NCBI RefSeq assembly: GCF_001447785.1
Contig: NW_015175396.1
Coordinates: forward strand, 165,947-229,946
Direction: 5' to 3'
DNA: 64,000 bases
Source: Gekko japonicus
Taxonomy: Eukaryota
Below, in pieces: positions 10,322 to 22,863 of the stretch (position 1 is its first letter; the number at the start of each line of letters is the position of its first letter). Both the position numbers and the translations under genes were made by a program. Under the pieces are notes generated by a model. The model did not search any database and was not told the DNA's origin. It saw only the letters and a program-made list of their open reading frames with translations.

Positions 10322-11189
10322 TTAACAATTTGAGTTAGGCAGATGACACCACATTACTAGCAGAAAATACTGAATACTTGAAACGACTACTGCTGAAGGT
10401 TAGAGCAGAGAGTGTCAAAGCAGGATTATAGCTGAACATCAAGAAGATAAAAGTAATGACTACTGGGAATTTGTACAGCCTTAAAGTTGATGAAGAAATT
10501 GAAATTGTTCAAGATTCCACCACGGCTCCATCATCAGTCAAAAGGAAGACTGTGACCAAGAATTCAGGAGATTGAGACTGGGAAGGACAGCCATGAAGGA
10601 GCTCGAAAAGATTCTTAAGTGTGAGAACATGCTGGAGGCAGCCAAGATCAAGTTAATTCATGCCGTAGTATTCTCCATTACTATGTATGGGTGCGGACGT
10701 TGGACAGTGAAGAAAGCTGATGGGAAGAAAAGTGATTCCTTTGAAATGTGATGTTAGAGAGACAGATACCGCAGTGGGGTTCTAGATCAAATCAAGCCTG
10801 AACTCTCCCTATAAGCTCAAATGACTAAACTGAGGCTATAGTACTTTATTCACATTATGAGAAGACAAGAGTCACTGAAAAAGACCATAATGCTTGGAAA
10901 AGCTGAAGGAAGCAGGTAAAGAGGAAGACCCAACATGAGATGGGTGGACTCAATAAAGGAAGCCACAGCCCCCAATTTCCAAGACTTGAATAAGGCTGTT
11001 AACGATAGAACATTTTGGAGGACATTAATTCATAGGGTTGGCATAAGTCGGGAGTGACTTGATGGCACTGAACACACAACACACGGTAACTGTTCAAAGC
11101 TCTTTACATAAAAGTATAATTATTGCTATCCTGTAAAATAATTCAGTGGGAATTGAGGCGAGGCAGAGCTGAGAGAGTAGTTTGTTTGA

Positions 11190-11528
11190 GGACCCCAAGT
11201 GAGTTTATGACAGAGACAAAACCTGAACCCAGGACTTTCTGGTTTGTTGCTTACTGTAGTAGCCAATGCCATACTAGCAGTGCTGTGGGTTTCCCAGAAA
11301 ACGTTTGAATTGGAATATTTTCCAATTCAAATTTAAATAAGTAATTTACTTATTGTCACTTGGACCCCAAGTGAGTTTATGACAGAGACAAAACCTGAAC
11401 CCAGGACTTTCTGGTTTGTTGCTTACTGTAGTAGCCAATGCCATACTAGCAGTGCTGTGGGTTTCCCAGAAAACGTTTGAATTGGAATATTTTCCAATTC
11501 AAATTTAAATAAGTAATTTACTTATTGT
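11190..11528 (+). repeat. 167-bp direct tandem duplication with 5-nt spacer
   Basis: 11190-11356 and 11362-11528 read identical. Confidence 0.9.
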
Positions 11529-13239
11529 TAGCAAAGGTTAAATACTGTTAGCAAAAGAAGGCAAATATGCCATGTATAAGCACTGGGGTTTGTACATGCT
11601 TCATATCCTACATTTAGCTTATCCAGCATGGTTGTTTTGCAGTATAAGAGCTCCATCAACTATAGATAAACTATTGAATATATGGGGTGGAAAGTTTTCT
11701 GCATGAAAATATATTTTCCACCCCACATCACAGCACACTCTCTTAGTCCCTGTCTACTTACACTTGGTGACTAAAAAACCCCCTTGTTTGTTATACTGTG
11801 ATAATTTAACTGTGGATTATTTTTGTGGATTTTGCTGGTGGATTATTTGTTTACCAAATTATGCAGCACATCAGCATGTACAGTACTAGAATTTGTGGAA
11901 GTTTCACTGTTCATTTTTACAGAATTGCGAAGCTGTCAGTCATTTTTGGGACTTTACAGTTTACGCATTGTCACGGGTCCCCCCATCCCACTCAGCAAAC
12001 CGCATTCCCAAATCTGCTCAGGTTCCACATTTGCTGTTTGCCTGAATGTGTATATAGTCCCCCAATGATAACAGCAGAGAACAAAAACAAACAAAAATAA
12101 TGGCATGGGAGTTTTCAAACAGCGGTGGTTAATGTTTAAACAGGAATGGCATCCAAATGAAATGGGATCTTTGTTCAAAAAGACAGCCACTCGGTGTGGG
12201 CTGAATGCAGAGCAGAGTGCCACTCTAAGAGGCAAACTGGTCTAAAATGGGACATTTACATTTGAAGGAAAGGGATTGTGTTTTCAAATGGAAATATGCA
12301 ACAAAGCATGTCTTTAAAAAAATGTGCATCCCCTGTAAGCAAGTGGAGAATTTTTATCACTGTGGGTAGGACTGGGATTGGCTATCTGGCATTTGTACAG
12401 TGTTGTTAATGCAGGCCTGGTTTCAGTCCAGATGTTGATTTTGGTTCCCCCCATAATTAAACCATGTTGACATTTTGATTGAAGTCTGTCCAGGAATTGG
12501 CTGGCAGACCGAGGCAGTGATCTGGCTCTGAAATATGACCTCGTTTCCTTACCTCATCTCCCTCACCCTCCACCATGGAATAACTAAAGCAGGACTATGG
12601 TATAGGAAACTTGCATAACTGAATTCATTTGTCACTTCCTCTCAGCTTTAATATGAAGTATGGCACTTCTCTATTAATTAATGTTTGGCATGGGAAAGAA
12701 CTCCATGTGCTGTTTTAGTGCATTGTTTTTCCAACTTTGAACCACTTGCCCCCTCCCCCAGTTCTGAATTTACTCAGCCTTGTGACACTCATTCTCCTAC
12801 CAGTTATCCACTCCATTGGCCAGTATGTGGAAATTCTTAGGCACAGTTGTGTGTTGTCCATAGACTGCAGTACCTGTTCAATGCTGGAACTGGAAGAGGA
12901 GTGAAAAAGAGAGCTCCCTTTGTTTCACATCAGGCTGGGGTGATGGGGCAGTAAAGATGCAGTCATCTGCACATGACCAATATGGATCAGTGAAAGTCTC
13001 CTGCCAGGAAACATTCAACCCACCCAACTCTTGGCTGATGGGCAGAGGGAGGTTCCAGCTTCCTCAGGATATTATCTTTCCCTGGAACTTTGTGCTTGCA
13101 CATCCTGTGTCATGGACCCCCAAAGGGGGGCCTACCCCACAGCTTTGAGAACCACTGTTTTTTGCGTCAAAACCTTGTTTACATAAAACATACTTGTAGA
13201 TACTTTTTAAAAATGACAATAGCATGTATTCTTCACTTT

Positions 13240-13440
13240 AGAGAGTCATGTGGTAAAGTGCTCAAAATGTTGGACTAGAACTAGGAAGGTTCGAGTTCAA
13301 ATTCCCACTCTGCCATGGTGCTCCTTGCTTCATCCAGGGACAGACTCTAACTTATCTCGTAGAGTGGTTGCAAGGATAAAAAGGGCTAGGGGAGACAACT
13401 TAGGCTTTCCTGAGCTCCTTGGCGAAATGCAAGATACAAT
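13240..13440 (+). mobile_element. Degenerate tRNA-derived SINE
   Basis: A/B-box-like TGTGGTAAAGTG..GAGTTCAAATTCC; related copy at ~43115-43325. Confidence 0.55.
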
Positions 13441-13520
13441 TGAGTCCTGTTTGGGGGGATAGCCAGTTGGGATGATTTGATTTCAGGTGCATACCTGTTA
13501 TGTCTGTTAATGCTCCTCTG

Positions 13521-13647
13521 TCTCTATTATCAATAGCCTTCTCAGACTGGAATAAAAAATTACCTCTATTGACCATGCAGAGTTAACATTTCTCTATTAT
13601 CAATAGCCTTCTCAGACTTACCTCTATTGACCATGCAGAGTTAACAT
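13521..13647 (+). repeat. Tandem duplication whose copies differ by a ~12-bp indel
   Basis: TCTCTATTATCAATAGCCTTCTCAGACT[GGAATAAAAAAT]TACCTCTATTGACCATGCAGAGTTAACAT twice. Confidence 0.85.
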
Positions 13648-13694
13648 GGCAGCAACAAAGCGTTCTCCAGTGTCAATGAGGTGGAGCAGTCATT

Positions 13695-13885
13695 GGTGGT
13701 GGAAAGTGCCATTAAGTTGCAGCTGAGTGATAGTGACCTTGTAGGGTTTTCAAGGCAAGAGACATTCAGAGGTGGTTTGCCATTGCCTGCCTCTGCATAG
13801 CATCCCTAGACTTTCTTGGTGATCTCCCACCCAAGTACTAACCAGGGGCGACCCTGCTTAGCCTTCACGATCTGGGCCATTCAGG
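13695..13885 (-). mobile_element. 5S rRNA-derived SINE (5S-Sauria-like)
   Basis: Reverse complement contains GCTAAGCAGGGTCGCCCCTGGTTAGTACTTGGGTGGGAGA (5S head) followed by an RTE-like tail. Confidence 0.78.
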
Positions 13886-14146
13886 TCGGGGTAGGACAGT
13901 CCTTTCTCATGAGAAATGGGAGAAAAGCAAGATATGATATTTTAAATAAATTAAATAAGGCGTGCATCAGAGTAGGATATATTTGTAAGACACTTGGAAA
14001 ATGGATTCATGAGCTGGTCTTTTATGTGCTGTGGAATGATGGCTGCCAGCATACTGCTGCATTGTCAGCATGCATATGGCCTTGAGGAAGATGAAAAAAA
14101 AAGGAGGTGCACAAACTACTGTTTATTCTTTTTTGGTTCTGTTCAG

Positions 14147-14422
14147 GTCTTCCAAGATTCACCAGTCAGCCAGAGTCAGCCTCCGTCTCCAGAAGAAATA
14201 GTGTGGTGCTTAACTGCGAAGTCAATGCTGATCTCTCACCCTTTGTGCGGTGGGAGCTAGATCACCAGCCGCTCTTTCCAGATGACCGAGTATTCCAGTT
14301 GTCGAGTGGAGCTCTGATAATTAGCAATGCTACAGATGAGGATGGCGGCACGTATAGCTGTGTCATTGAAATCGGTGGCTCTCCCAAATACAGCGACGAA
14401 GCAGAGGTTAAAGTTCTTCCAG
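14147..14422 (+). CDS. NEO1: NEO1 exon ~3 (Ig2)
   Basis: ttcag|GT CTT CCA AGA: [10 protein letters not shown]...EVKVLP; donor G|gtacaa; 276 nt, phase 1-1. Confidence 0.96.
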
Positions 14423-15058
14423 GTACAAAAATCTGTCAAGTTTTTTTCTTCTTCTCCTTTCACTCTTGAGATACTAGTGAGATACTTAACTCTTCCAGCT
14501 TACAGTTTAAAAATTGCTGAATTAAAAATGGAATGCCACCCTATAGTCTTTTGTGAGTAGACCCAATAAAAGCTAGCTTTTAAGCGCTGGATTTCCTCGT
14601 ATCCCAGGCCACAAACAAAGGAACAAAAATCCTGGAGTGGTGACAGAATTTTCTCATAGTCTGTGTTTTCACAATAGATCTGTGCTCCTAGAATTAGCCC
14701 TGAGGCCAGTCCTTGTGCCCATTCCAAATGCTATTGTCCCCTGTAGTTACTAATTGGTGGTGGCCATGTTTCCCCCCCTTTTTCACCCAGGCAGCACTTT
14801 CTCATGCAAGCTACCTTGGTTATTTCTTGGCAAGGTCTTAGCTGTAAAGCATTCCACTTGTACATGTAGAAGGGAGTGGGGAACAGTCTGTTATCAGCTA
14901 AGGCATCCTCTGGGAGAAATGGAGTTGGGCAAATGAGACAAATTGTAAATGGGAAGCCATTTGGGCTCTGTCTTTTGTATATTGTATTGAGAGTTGGAGT
15001 TTCAGTGATGCTTTTGTTATAGTAACCGGTGTTTATTTTCTGATTGCGCTATCTGCAG

Positions 15059-15212
15059 AATCAGAAGCTCCCTCCAGTCTGGTCTTCCTGAGACAGCCTT
15101 CCTCACTGACCAAAGTTGTTGGACAGAGCGCAGTTCTGCCATGTGTTGCTGCTGGCGTTCCCATTCCCATGATCAGATGGACAAGAAACGAAGAAGAGCT
15201 CATTACCGAAGG
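15059..15212 (+). CDS. NEO1: NEO1 exon ~4 (Ig3 N-half)
   Basis: tgcag|AA TCA GAA: [14 protein letters not shown]...LPCVAAG...[11 protein letters not shown]; donor GG|gtatgt; 154 nt. Confidence 0.95.
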
Positions 15213-15711
15213 GTATGTAACAGCTCTGCCCTTACCACCGTGACACCTTTTCCCACCCTGACCTACCCACTTTGGTCTCTGTGCCCACTTTCTCATGAGG
15301 TCACAGGAAACTGCTGCAGATATTCCAGGGTGGCTTTGTGGGCAGCCAGAGAGGGGGATGCTGTGGCCCTCCCTGTCTTTTCATTAACTGGCTGGGAGGG
15401 GGACCTGCCAGCAAAGGAAGGAAGGAAGGAGGCTGGAAATGGAAGGAAGGGGGTGGCCAGTCTCCTGGCTTCTGGTGTCCTACCTTGCCTACCATGTTAT
15501 TGCATTCTGCATTGTAAAACATGTAAAGGGTATCATGCTTTTATAGTTAGATTTTCCCCCTGCTCTGTATTGCTTTGCCTATTTCCATCCCACTTAGAGA
15601 GCATTCCCTAAGATCACAAAGGATGTGTGGGTGGGAGGAGAAATTCAACAACTAGACCAGCCTCTTCCCCTTCCTGTAGTGGTGATACTGTATTACGTGG
15701 CAATGGCACGA

Positions 15712-16330
15712 TTTATTTATTGATTGATAATTTAAAAATTATTAGCTGCCTTTCTTCCTGTGGAGCTTGAGGTGGTTCACGAGAATAAACTACATAACAA
15801 ACATAAAACTAAAATTTAAAATCGCAGTTTAGGAGTGCTTTAATTAAATGCAGTCCCAATAAAGCCATCTTCAGCTGCCTCCGAAAGATCAAAAGAGGGG
15901 GCCAGGGGCATCTCATTGGGGAGGTTCTTCCATAATCGTGGGGCTGCCACTGAAAAGGCCCTCTCTTGTGTACCCATCAAATGAGCATCTTTAATAGATG
16001 CAGTCCCAATAAAGCCATCTTCAGCTGCCTCCAAAAGATCAAAAGTGAGGGGGCCAGGGGCATCTCATTGGGGAGGTTCTTCCATAATCGTGGGGCTGCC
16101 ACTGAAAAGGCCCTCTCTTGTGTACCCACAAAATGAGCTTCTTTGGTTGGTGGGACAGTCAGGGGGTCCTCTCCTTGTGATGTTACTTCCTTGGCAGGAA
16201 CATATGGGAAAAGACCATCCTTCAGATTCCCTAGTCCCAAGACACTTAGTGCTTTAAAGTTCAAAAACAACACCTTAAATTGGGCTCAGGACAGGAGCCA
16301 GTGTAACTGCTGTAGTATCCAAGGTGTATC
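15712..16330 (-). mobile_element. L2 LINE 3' fragment with an internal ~150-bp tandem duplication (15848-16144)
   Basis: FKALSVLGLGNLKD...ERAFSVAAPRLWKNLP, with the latter motif present twice. Confidence 0.8.
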
Positions 16331-17769
16331 CAAGGTCACATGCTCAGACATTACAGCAGTTACACCGGCTTGCCTGTGTTGTTATTATATCCTTAATGTT
16401 TAAATAAGGGCTGGAAAAAATGGTTTAAAAACATCAGGGTTGTTTTAAGAAATGGCTTCTTTTCCATTCCTGCCTGGTCACTGGCCAAGGTGACTCCTTA
16501 GGCCTTTTCTCTTCATGCACTCTTAAGCAGAAGCAGAACATTTCAGCAGTGCGCTGATTCGGGAGCCTGCCCTCTTTTGGGTGTCACCCCCCCCCCCCAA
16601 GCTCAGCCTTTCATTTAGTAGGGTTCAAGTGATGGCAGTAGTATTGGGATCTGAGTTTAGTCCAACGAGGCAGTGCTTGAAAGGCTGTTCTATCATCTGC
16701 CGCCAATACTGAGTGAGAGAGACTGGAGGCAACGGTGGCAGGCTACATTCAGATGTCACAACAAACCTCAGTTTGCGATGGGCATTGTCACAGCTTGTTG
16801 TGCTGGATCTCCCTTCACTAACATGCTGTTTCATGGTGTGGGAAGCCTTGAGTAACGCTCCCATTTCCCATGCCATGTGAATGCCTGGGGAACTTGGTAG
16901 TTTGTTTCCTTCCCTCCAAACTAAATCGCAGCGTAATCCAAGTTCAGAATCCAGATTCGTGGGGAGGAAGATTGGAACTTGATTCAAGGCTTCCCAAACC
17001 AGGCAGTGCTATGGGAAGAAGGACAGGGGAGTGAAAGAATGTGACAATTAGCTTCATTCATGCCCATCAGGAGTGCTCAGCAGACTGTTCTGTGACCTCA
17101 AGAAGCTAGATCCATATAGTGCAGTATGATGTTAAGACTCAGTTTGATCCTCTTAGAAAGCACTTTGCCCCTCTAGCACCTTGTGCAGGGGACCTAGAGG
17201 CATTTAACATTTAAAGCAGCTGATTTCTTTAAATGTTTTAAATGATTGCTTTAAATGATTGCTGCTTTAACATTGAAAAAGGAGATTAAAACCCCAGAGT
17301 GGGAGAGGGCTGTAGAAGAGCTACATCCTAAAATGTTGCCTCCCTATTTTATGGAACAAGATCACCCTGCACAACCACACAGGGAGTTGCTTTAAACTCT
17401 GTTTATAGTGAGAAAATGTGGAATGCTGGGGTTTGGAAGGCTCCCAGGCTGCCTTTAAATAAGCAGTTTTTAAAGAAAACGCTGGGAGTTCTTTATTATG
17501 TAAAAGTTAACAACAAATGCAAGGCAGCACATGACTAGCAGGGTAAACAGTCTTTGTCTATTACTGAGTTGCTTTTTGTAATTTTTGGGGAGATGTTCTT
17601 ACATATAAACAAATGATCGCCTGAGCGCCTGAGGTTTTTTTTAATGCATTGGTGGATCTTTGTGTTTAATTCCCAGTTGTATTTGCTTGGCTGATTGCAC
17701 TGGTGGATGTTACATGTTCGACCTTGCTTGTTCTGTTTTGTAGTTGTTGAGGTTATTTCTTTCAATGTC

Positions 17770-18350
17770 TGTTTATTTATTTGGATTTATATCCCGTTCT
17801 CCCTGCAAGCAGGCTCAGGGTGGGTTCCAACAATATAAATATATAATACAATTAAGACCACTTAAAACAACAGTATAAAATAGCACAAAAACTTATACCA
17901 CGTATATTCTGATTGTCTTAGCAATTAAGATGGAATTAAGATTCCAGGCCACTGAGAGGGGGTCAGCCAGAGGGAGGGGATGTTCACCGCCTCAACCAAA
18001 AGCCCAGTGGAAGAGCTCAGTCTTACAGGCCCTGCGGAATTGTGATAAATCCCTCAGGCCCTGATCTTATACAGGAGCTCATTCCACCAGGTGGGGGCCA
18101 GGGCTGAAAAGGCCCTGGCCCTGGTCGAGGCAAGTCGGACGTCCCTGGGTCTGGGGACTACCAAAAGATGTTGATTAGTAGACCTCAGTGCTCTATGGGG
18201 CTTATAAGGGGAGAGGTGGTCCCGAAGGTGTGCTGGCCCCTGGCTGTATAGGGCTTTAAAGGTAAGTACCAGCACCTTGAAACGGATCTGGTATTCAATA
18301 GGCAGCTAGTACAGTTCGTGCAGCACTGGGTAGATGTGAGCCCGCTGATT
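17770..18350 (-). mobile_element. L2 LINE 3' fragment
   Basis: VLTFKALYSQGPAHLRDHLSPY...RARAFSALAPTWWNEL; (TAAA)n tail. Confidence 0.85.
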
Positions 18351-19540
18351 ATCCTGGTTTTCTTTTGTTTATATATCTGTATAAATTAGAAATAAGCTTG
18401 AAAAAATAGACTCTGACATCTAAGTGTTCAAAATATTTCTCTAGTTTTGATTTTGGTGCATATGAACAACAACAGAAAAGAAATGCTTGCTTTCTGGCAG
18501 TGGTTGATGATGACTGATTGGCTTCTAATGGTATTGAAAGTCTTCTGTTCAGGATATGTTTGGCTGCACAAGCTCTCTAAATTTTTTTAAAGGAAGGCGG
18601 GGCTAAGGTTGCCAGGAGAGCATGTATGTGTTCATTGGTCACATCCTAGCTCCACCCAACTGCAAATATTCAGCTCAAGGAGCTATCTTGCACCAGTTAT
18701 CTGTGAGTCTTCGGACTTCCATCCAGTGGACCAGTAATCTGACAAGTTTCCAGCTAAGCAGACTTCCACAGAACCATCTCCTTCTTGACAGTAATATCCT
18801 TTCCTTCCCCATTTGCTTTCAGTGGTCCATACAATGAAGAGCAGTTAATTTCCAAGTTGGTTCCCCCATTGTTTGGACTAATATCTGCCAATGTTGTTAA
18901 TCCCTGGATTTCAGGCATTATTGGCCAAAGGATTCTGAACTACAACTCCTTCCTCAGTGGTATTCCCCCCCCCCCATAAGGCTTTAAAGGAGGGCTTTTT
19001 CATACAGAGGGTATGCACATGCATGTGTATGAGAATGAGGGAAATTATCCACTGGAGATAGATTTTGTCCAAGGTTAATGATGCCTTGATCTACATGGGA
19101 AACCTTATGGATTTGTGATGTTGGAGCAAGTTTATTGTTAAGTTTTAAAGCTGGTTTCAATAAACTTCAGTCCATTCAAAGCCAGAGTAGGGAAGTTAGA
19201 AATACTTACCTGGTTTTTTTCATCATCATCTTGCTTTTCCATTTTTAAACAATAATTCTTCTGATTACATGATTTAATCTGAAGAAATTATGCATGTTCA
19301 GTATCATCCCCAAGACTTGGCATGAAGATCATTTGCTATACTGAAGTACGTAATTGGGGGGGTTAGGAAGACCCTACTCTAGGGTGCTTTAGCTAGACTG
19401 TTTTAACCTGAGCTTGTTAAAAACAGAAATTGGTTTTGGGGATGGTGGTGGTCAGTGACTTTAAAGATGAACTGTGTTTCCAGAATCTTCAGAGATGTCA
19501 TAAACTTCTTTTTTTAAAAAAGGATTTTCTTTTTTCTTTT

Positions 19541-19608
19541 AATTATTATTCTATTATTATTATTATTATTCTATTATTATTATTCTATTATTATTATTAT
19601 TATATTAT
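19541..19608. repeat. (ATT)n microsatellite just upstream of the exon ~5 acceptor
   Basis: Direct reading. Confidence 0.85.
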
Positions 19609-19675
19609 ACTTCTTTATACTCTTTTATTAGAATATTATACTCTTTAAACACCAATCTGTCCTATTTTTCCACAG

Positions 19676-19812
19676 CTCTCAAAAGTTTTTATTGCTGGCG
19701 GGGGGGACTCTGAAGATCAATGAAGTCACAGAAGATGATGCTGGAGTATATACCTGCATTGCAGATAATGGGAATGAAACAACAGAAGCTCAAGCAGATC
19801 TTTCAGTACAGG
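19676..19812 (+). CDS. NEO1: NEO1 exon ~5 (Ig3 C-half)
   Basis: cacag|C TCT CAA: SQKFLLLAGGTLKINEVTEDDAGVYTCIADNGNETTEAQADLSVQ; donor G|gtacgt; 137 nt. Confidence 0.95.
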
Positions 19813-22591
19813 GTACGTAAAGAAATCTTAAGAGATTAAGGAACAGGAAGGCCTATTAAATAGTCAAGGCCACAAAATTCCAGAGGCTAGAATTCTTGAA
19901 ACTGGGAAGAGGAGGAGCTATTTTTTTGTGATCCTGTCACTTGGAATTTACATGAGTAGGTTCCCAAAGTCACCCAATCATTTGCAACCCTCGACTGGGG
20001 CTAGTAGTCCACCGGGACTGTTGCCTGGAGCTCAGCTCTGGAAATATTTATTTATTTATAAATTTATATACTGCCCTTTCCTGAGTTCACAGGGCTCCGG
20101 GTGGTTACCAACAACAACAACAAAACCAATATAAAACCAAAATTAAAACAATCAAATTAAAATGCTTCCTCCTTGCAAATAGGATATTCCTGCTGTGAAA
20201 CAACCACAACTATTTGTTTGCCATTCCTTCTTCTCTTCCCAGCTGGGCCACTAGCAAAATGGCAGCATTGGCCATGTGAGGAAGAGTATATATGAAATAG
20301 AGGCAGGTAGATGCCGACCATGCCACATGCCACTGTGCATGCGCTTGTGGGACGAAGTCAATATATCTGGCCTTGGCCCTTTGTCGCGTACAGGGATCAT
20401 GTATATGAAGTCCCTTGCCCCGCTTGGCAGAGTTATAGGTTTTATAACTCGTATGATGCTTTCAGAGTAGCATGTAATACACTTCATGAAAAGCTTTGTA
20501 AGGAATGCTTAATGTTGTATTTACTAGGAAAATACTCCTAATGATGATAGGGTATGTATAGTGGGAAGGCCCACGTATTCCTGGTTATGCACGTCACACA
20601 CCTCTTTGTTGGTGGCCAGACCACCAAATGTAAGGGTGTTAAGCAGGCTATGTCTAATATACAGAACTTTTGGGTGGGGGGAGATTTCTGTCGGAAATTA
20701 TGTTGTGGCCGCATAACTTGTCTCCATAAATGGTAGTCCAGATCTCCCTCTCCCTCCTGCAGTATTACAACATGAATCTCCCAAGTAACAAGTAGTTTGG
20801 TGCTCAGATACTGGGGTTCTCCCTCCTTAGAAGGATAATAATCTATTAATGAAATGTAGAGGTTTTTAGAAAAAGATTTGTAAGTAGAAAGGTATTTGCT
20901 CACTAAATGAAGAATGTTTGTGCTTATTTTTAAGGGCAGAATTATGTTCAGTTCCATGATAATTTTTAGAGCCCCCCCCCCCCCCCCCCCCCCCCCCTTT
21001 CCCAGGGGGGGGGGGGATTTGTTTATCAATCAATCTGCTCAGACAGAACTCACGTTCATTGTCGGTCTTCAATCAGACCTTTCTCCCAATCATCGTTATT
21101 ACGCTCGATCTCTCGCGCTTGCCCCAGTCGAACTAGCTAGTGCCCGAAGGCCACTCAGCGACTGGACCATCGATCTGTGAGCTGGAGGCTAAAGAACTGT
21201 GAGCTCACACTAACTCACCTTAGAGGGAACACTGGTTGGGTCTGCCTTTTGGAAGAAGATGGCAAGATCGGGGGAGAGGGGCTTATTTTCTCCCATATCA
21301 TTATCCCACAGGGGACAAAAATATTTTGAGTCCCAGTGGGGAAAATGTATGTCTACCTATATTTGTTCCCCAAAGTGGAAGAAGAGGCTTGGGGCCATGT
21401 TTTTCGGGGTGGGGGGAGAACAAGCCGTAAAGAGTTAAGTGACTTCTTCCTTCTGCATGATTCTCCCTCTTCAAAAAGCAGCCGCAGTAGCTGCACTTGG
21501 AAAAGAAGAAAAATCTTAGACAAGTATGGTGGAACTAAATGCAGTATCCTGAACCAGGCAATCTGAATCTATTCATACACTTAAATATGCTGGAATGTAG
21601 GGATTATGAACAAAACTGGGAGACCTTCTTCCCAAATAAACCACGGGCTTGAAGTCTGCCTTTATATGTACCTTGTAATGTCCCAAGTTATATACAAATG
21701 GCATTTCACATAACCATGAGTGAATAACAAAAATGTGTAACAAAAATGAGTAACAGAAATGTGAGGACTCGATAACCTGTAGGTGAACTGAAATACAAGA
21801 CTGTTGTGCATTGTGTTTACGGATGCTTGCAACCTGTGTGTATTACCTTTCTCTTCCATGTTTGATAGTCATATGACAGGGAAATGGGGGGCAGTAAAGT
21901 TATTTTACTATTCTGTGAAAGAAATGATCAGATTTCCCTTGCGTAAATGATGAAAAGGTAGTATTGAAAGACGCGATTGAGGGAAACGGCAACAATGCCT
22001 GTCTAGTTCATTTTATCAGCTTAATTCAGGAAGTAACAGAGAGGCAGACAGATGCTGACAAGGTTATAAGATCACATTTCATCTGGGTTGGGTTTTTTTC
22101 ATTTGTCACTGAATTTGGCTCCCCGGAGATCCATGCAAACACTGTGACGTCAACTACATTGCTTTTATTTTTCCTGGACTATCAGTTTCACATTGAGCTG
22201 AATGTTGCTGCTTGATATAACACTGGTGCCTATTTTTTTTTAAAAAAGAAAAGCATAGCATCAGGTATGCAATGTCAGTTATCTCAGAAATTGAATGGAA
22301 GGGTTACTTTCTGAATGTCAGTTGCACAGATTTGTGGGAGAAAGTAGAAACTTAAGAGCAGAGAGATAAAATTTCACTACATTTTAAAGCCGTGAAAAGA
22401 GACAATCTGATTACATGAGGAGTTCAGACTTGTCTAGCATTTGTTTCAGTGAGCTCAGCTTCACTGCTCCTCAACCATGACCAGTTACTATGGGAGTACT
22501 AAGGCAGTTGAACTTTGGTTGCAACAAAGTGAGGGGACAGCTGGGCACTACCAGTGCATGAATTGCTTTAAATCTGCACCTATAACTGAGC

Positions 22592-22860
22592 TCTTGGTCT
22601 GAAGCAACAGAACAAAGTTAAGAGTCCAGCGGCACCTTTAAGACCAGCAAAGTTTTATTCAGGGTGCGAGCTTTGGTGTGCACGCACACTTCGTCAGATG
22701 CTGAAATGGAATTACAGATCGTACTTGCATATATACAAGGTGGTTTGTTAAATTAGCATGCAAAGTAATGAAGTGTTTTTTAACAGATAAAAAGAATGAC
22801 AAGCTTGGTTTCTGGTTATCATCTGTTTCAGTTCAACTGGGGGGGAGCAACATAGGTAAT
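22592..22860 (-). mobile_element. Penelope-like fragment with a mutated hammerhead motif
   Basis: Same pLTR family; minus strand CUGACGA-stemII-CAAA (G12 to C). Confidence 0.7.
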
Positions 22861-22863
22861 AAA

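Larger units (their letters stand above)
9095..11085 (+). mobile_element. RTE/BovB-like LINE, 5'-truncated and decayed, interrupted at 9627-10321
   Basis: RT motifs QDGFRKRRGTRDHIANLRW, VDYSKVFDCVDH, KVVRQGCILS, INNL..ADDTTLLAE; CA-rich tail. Confidence 0.88.

Noticed and set aside
13810-13885. 5S rRNA gene
   Set aside because: Partial, diverged and fused to a LINE-like tail, so it is a SINE head.
20250-20930. Possible endogenous viral or coding fragment (ORFs of 76-163 aa)
   Set aside because: No motif I can recognise; a BLASTX search would be needed, so no call is made.
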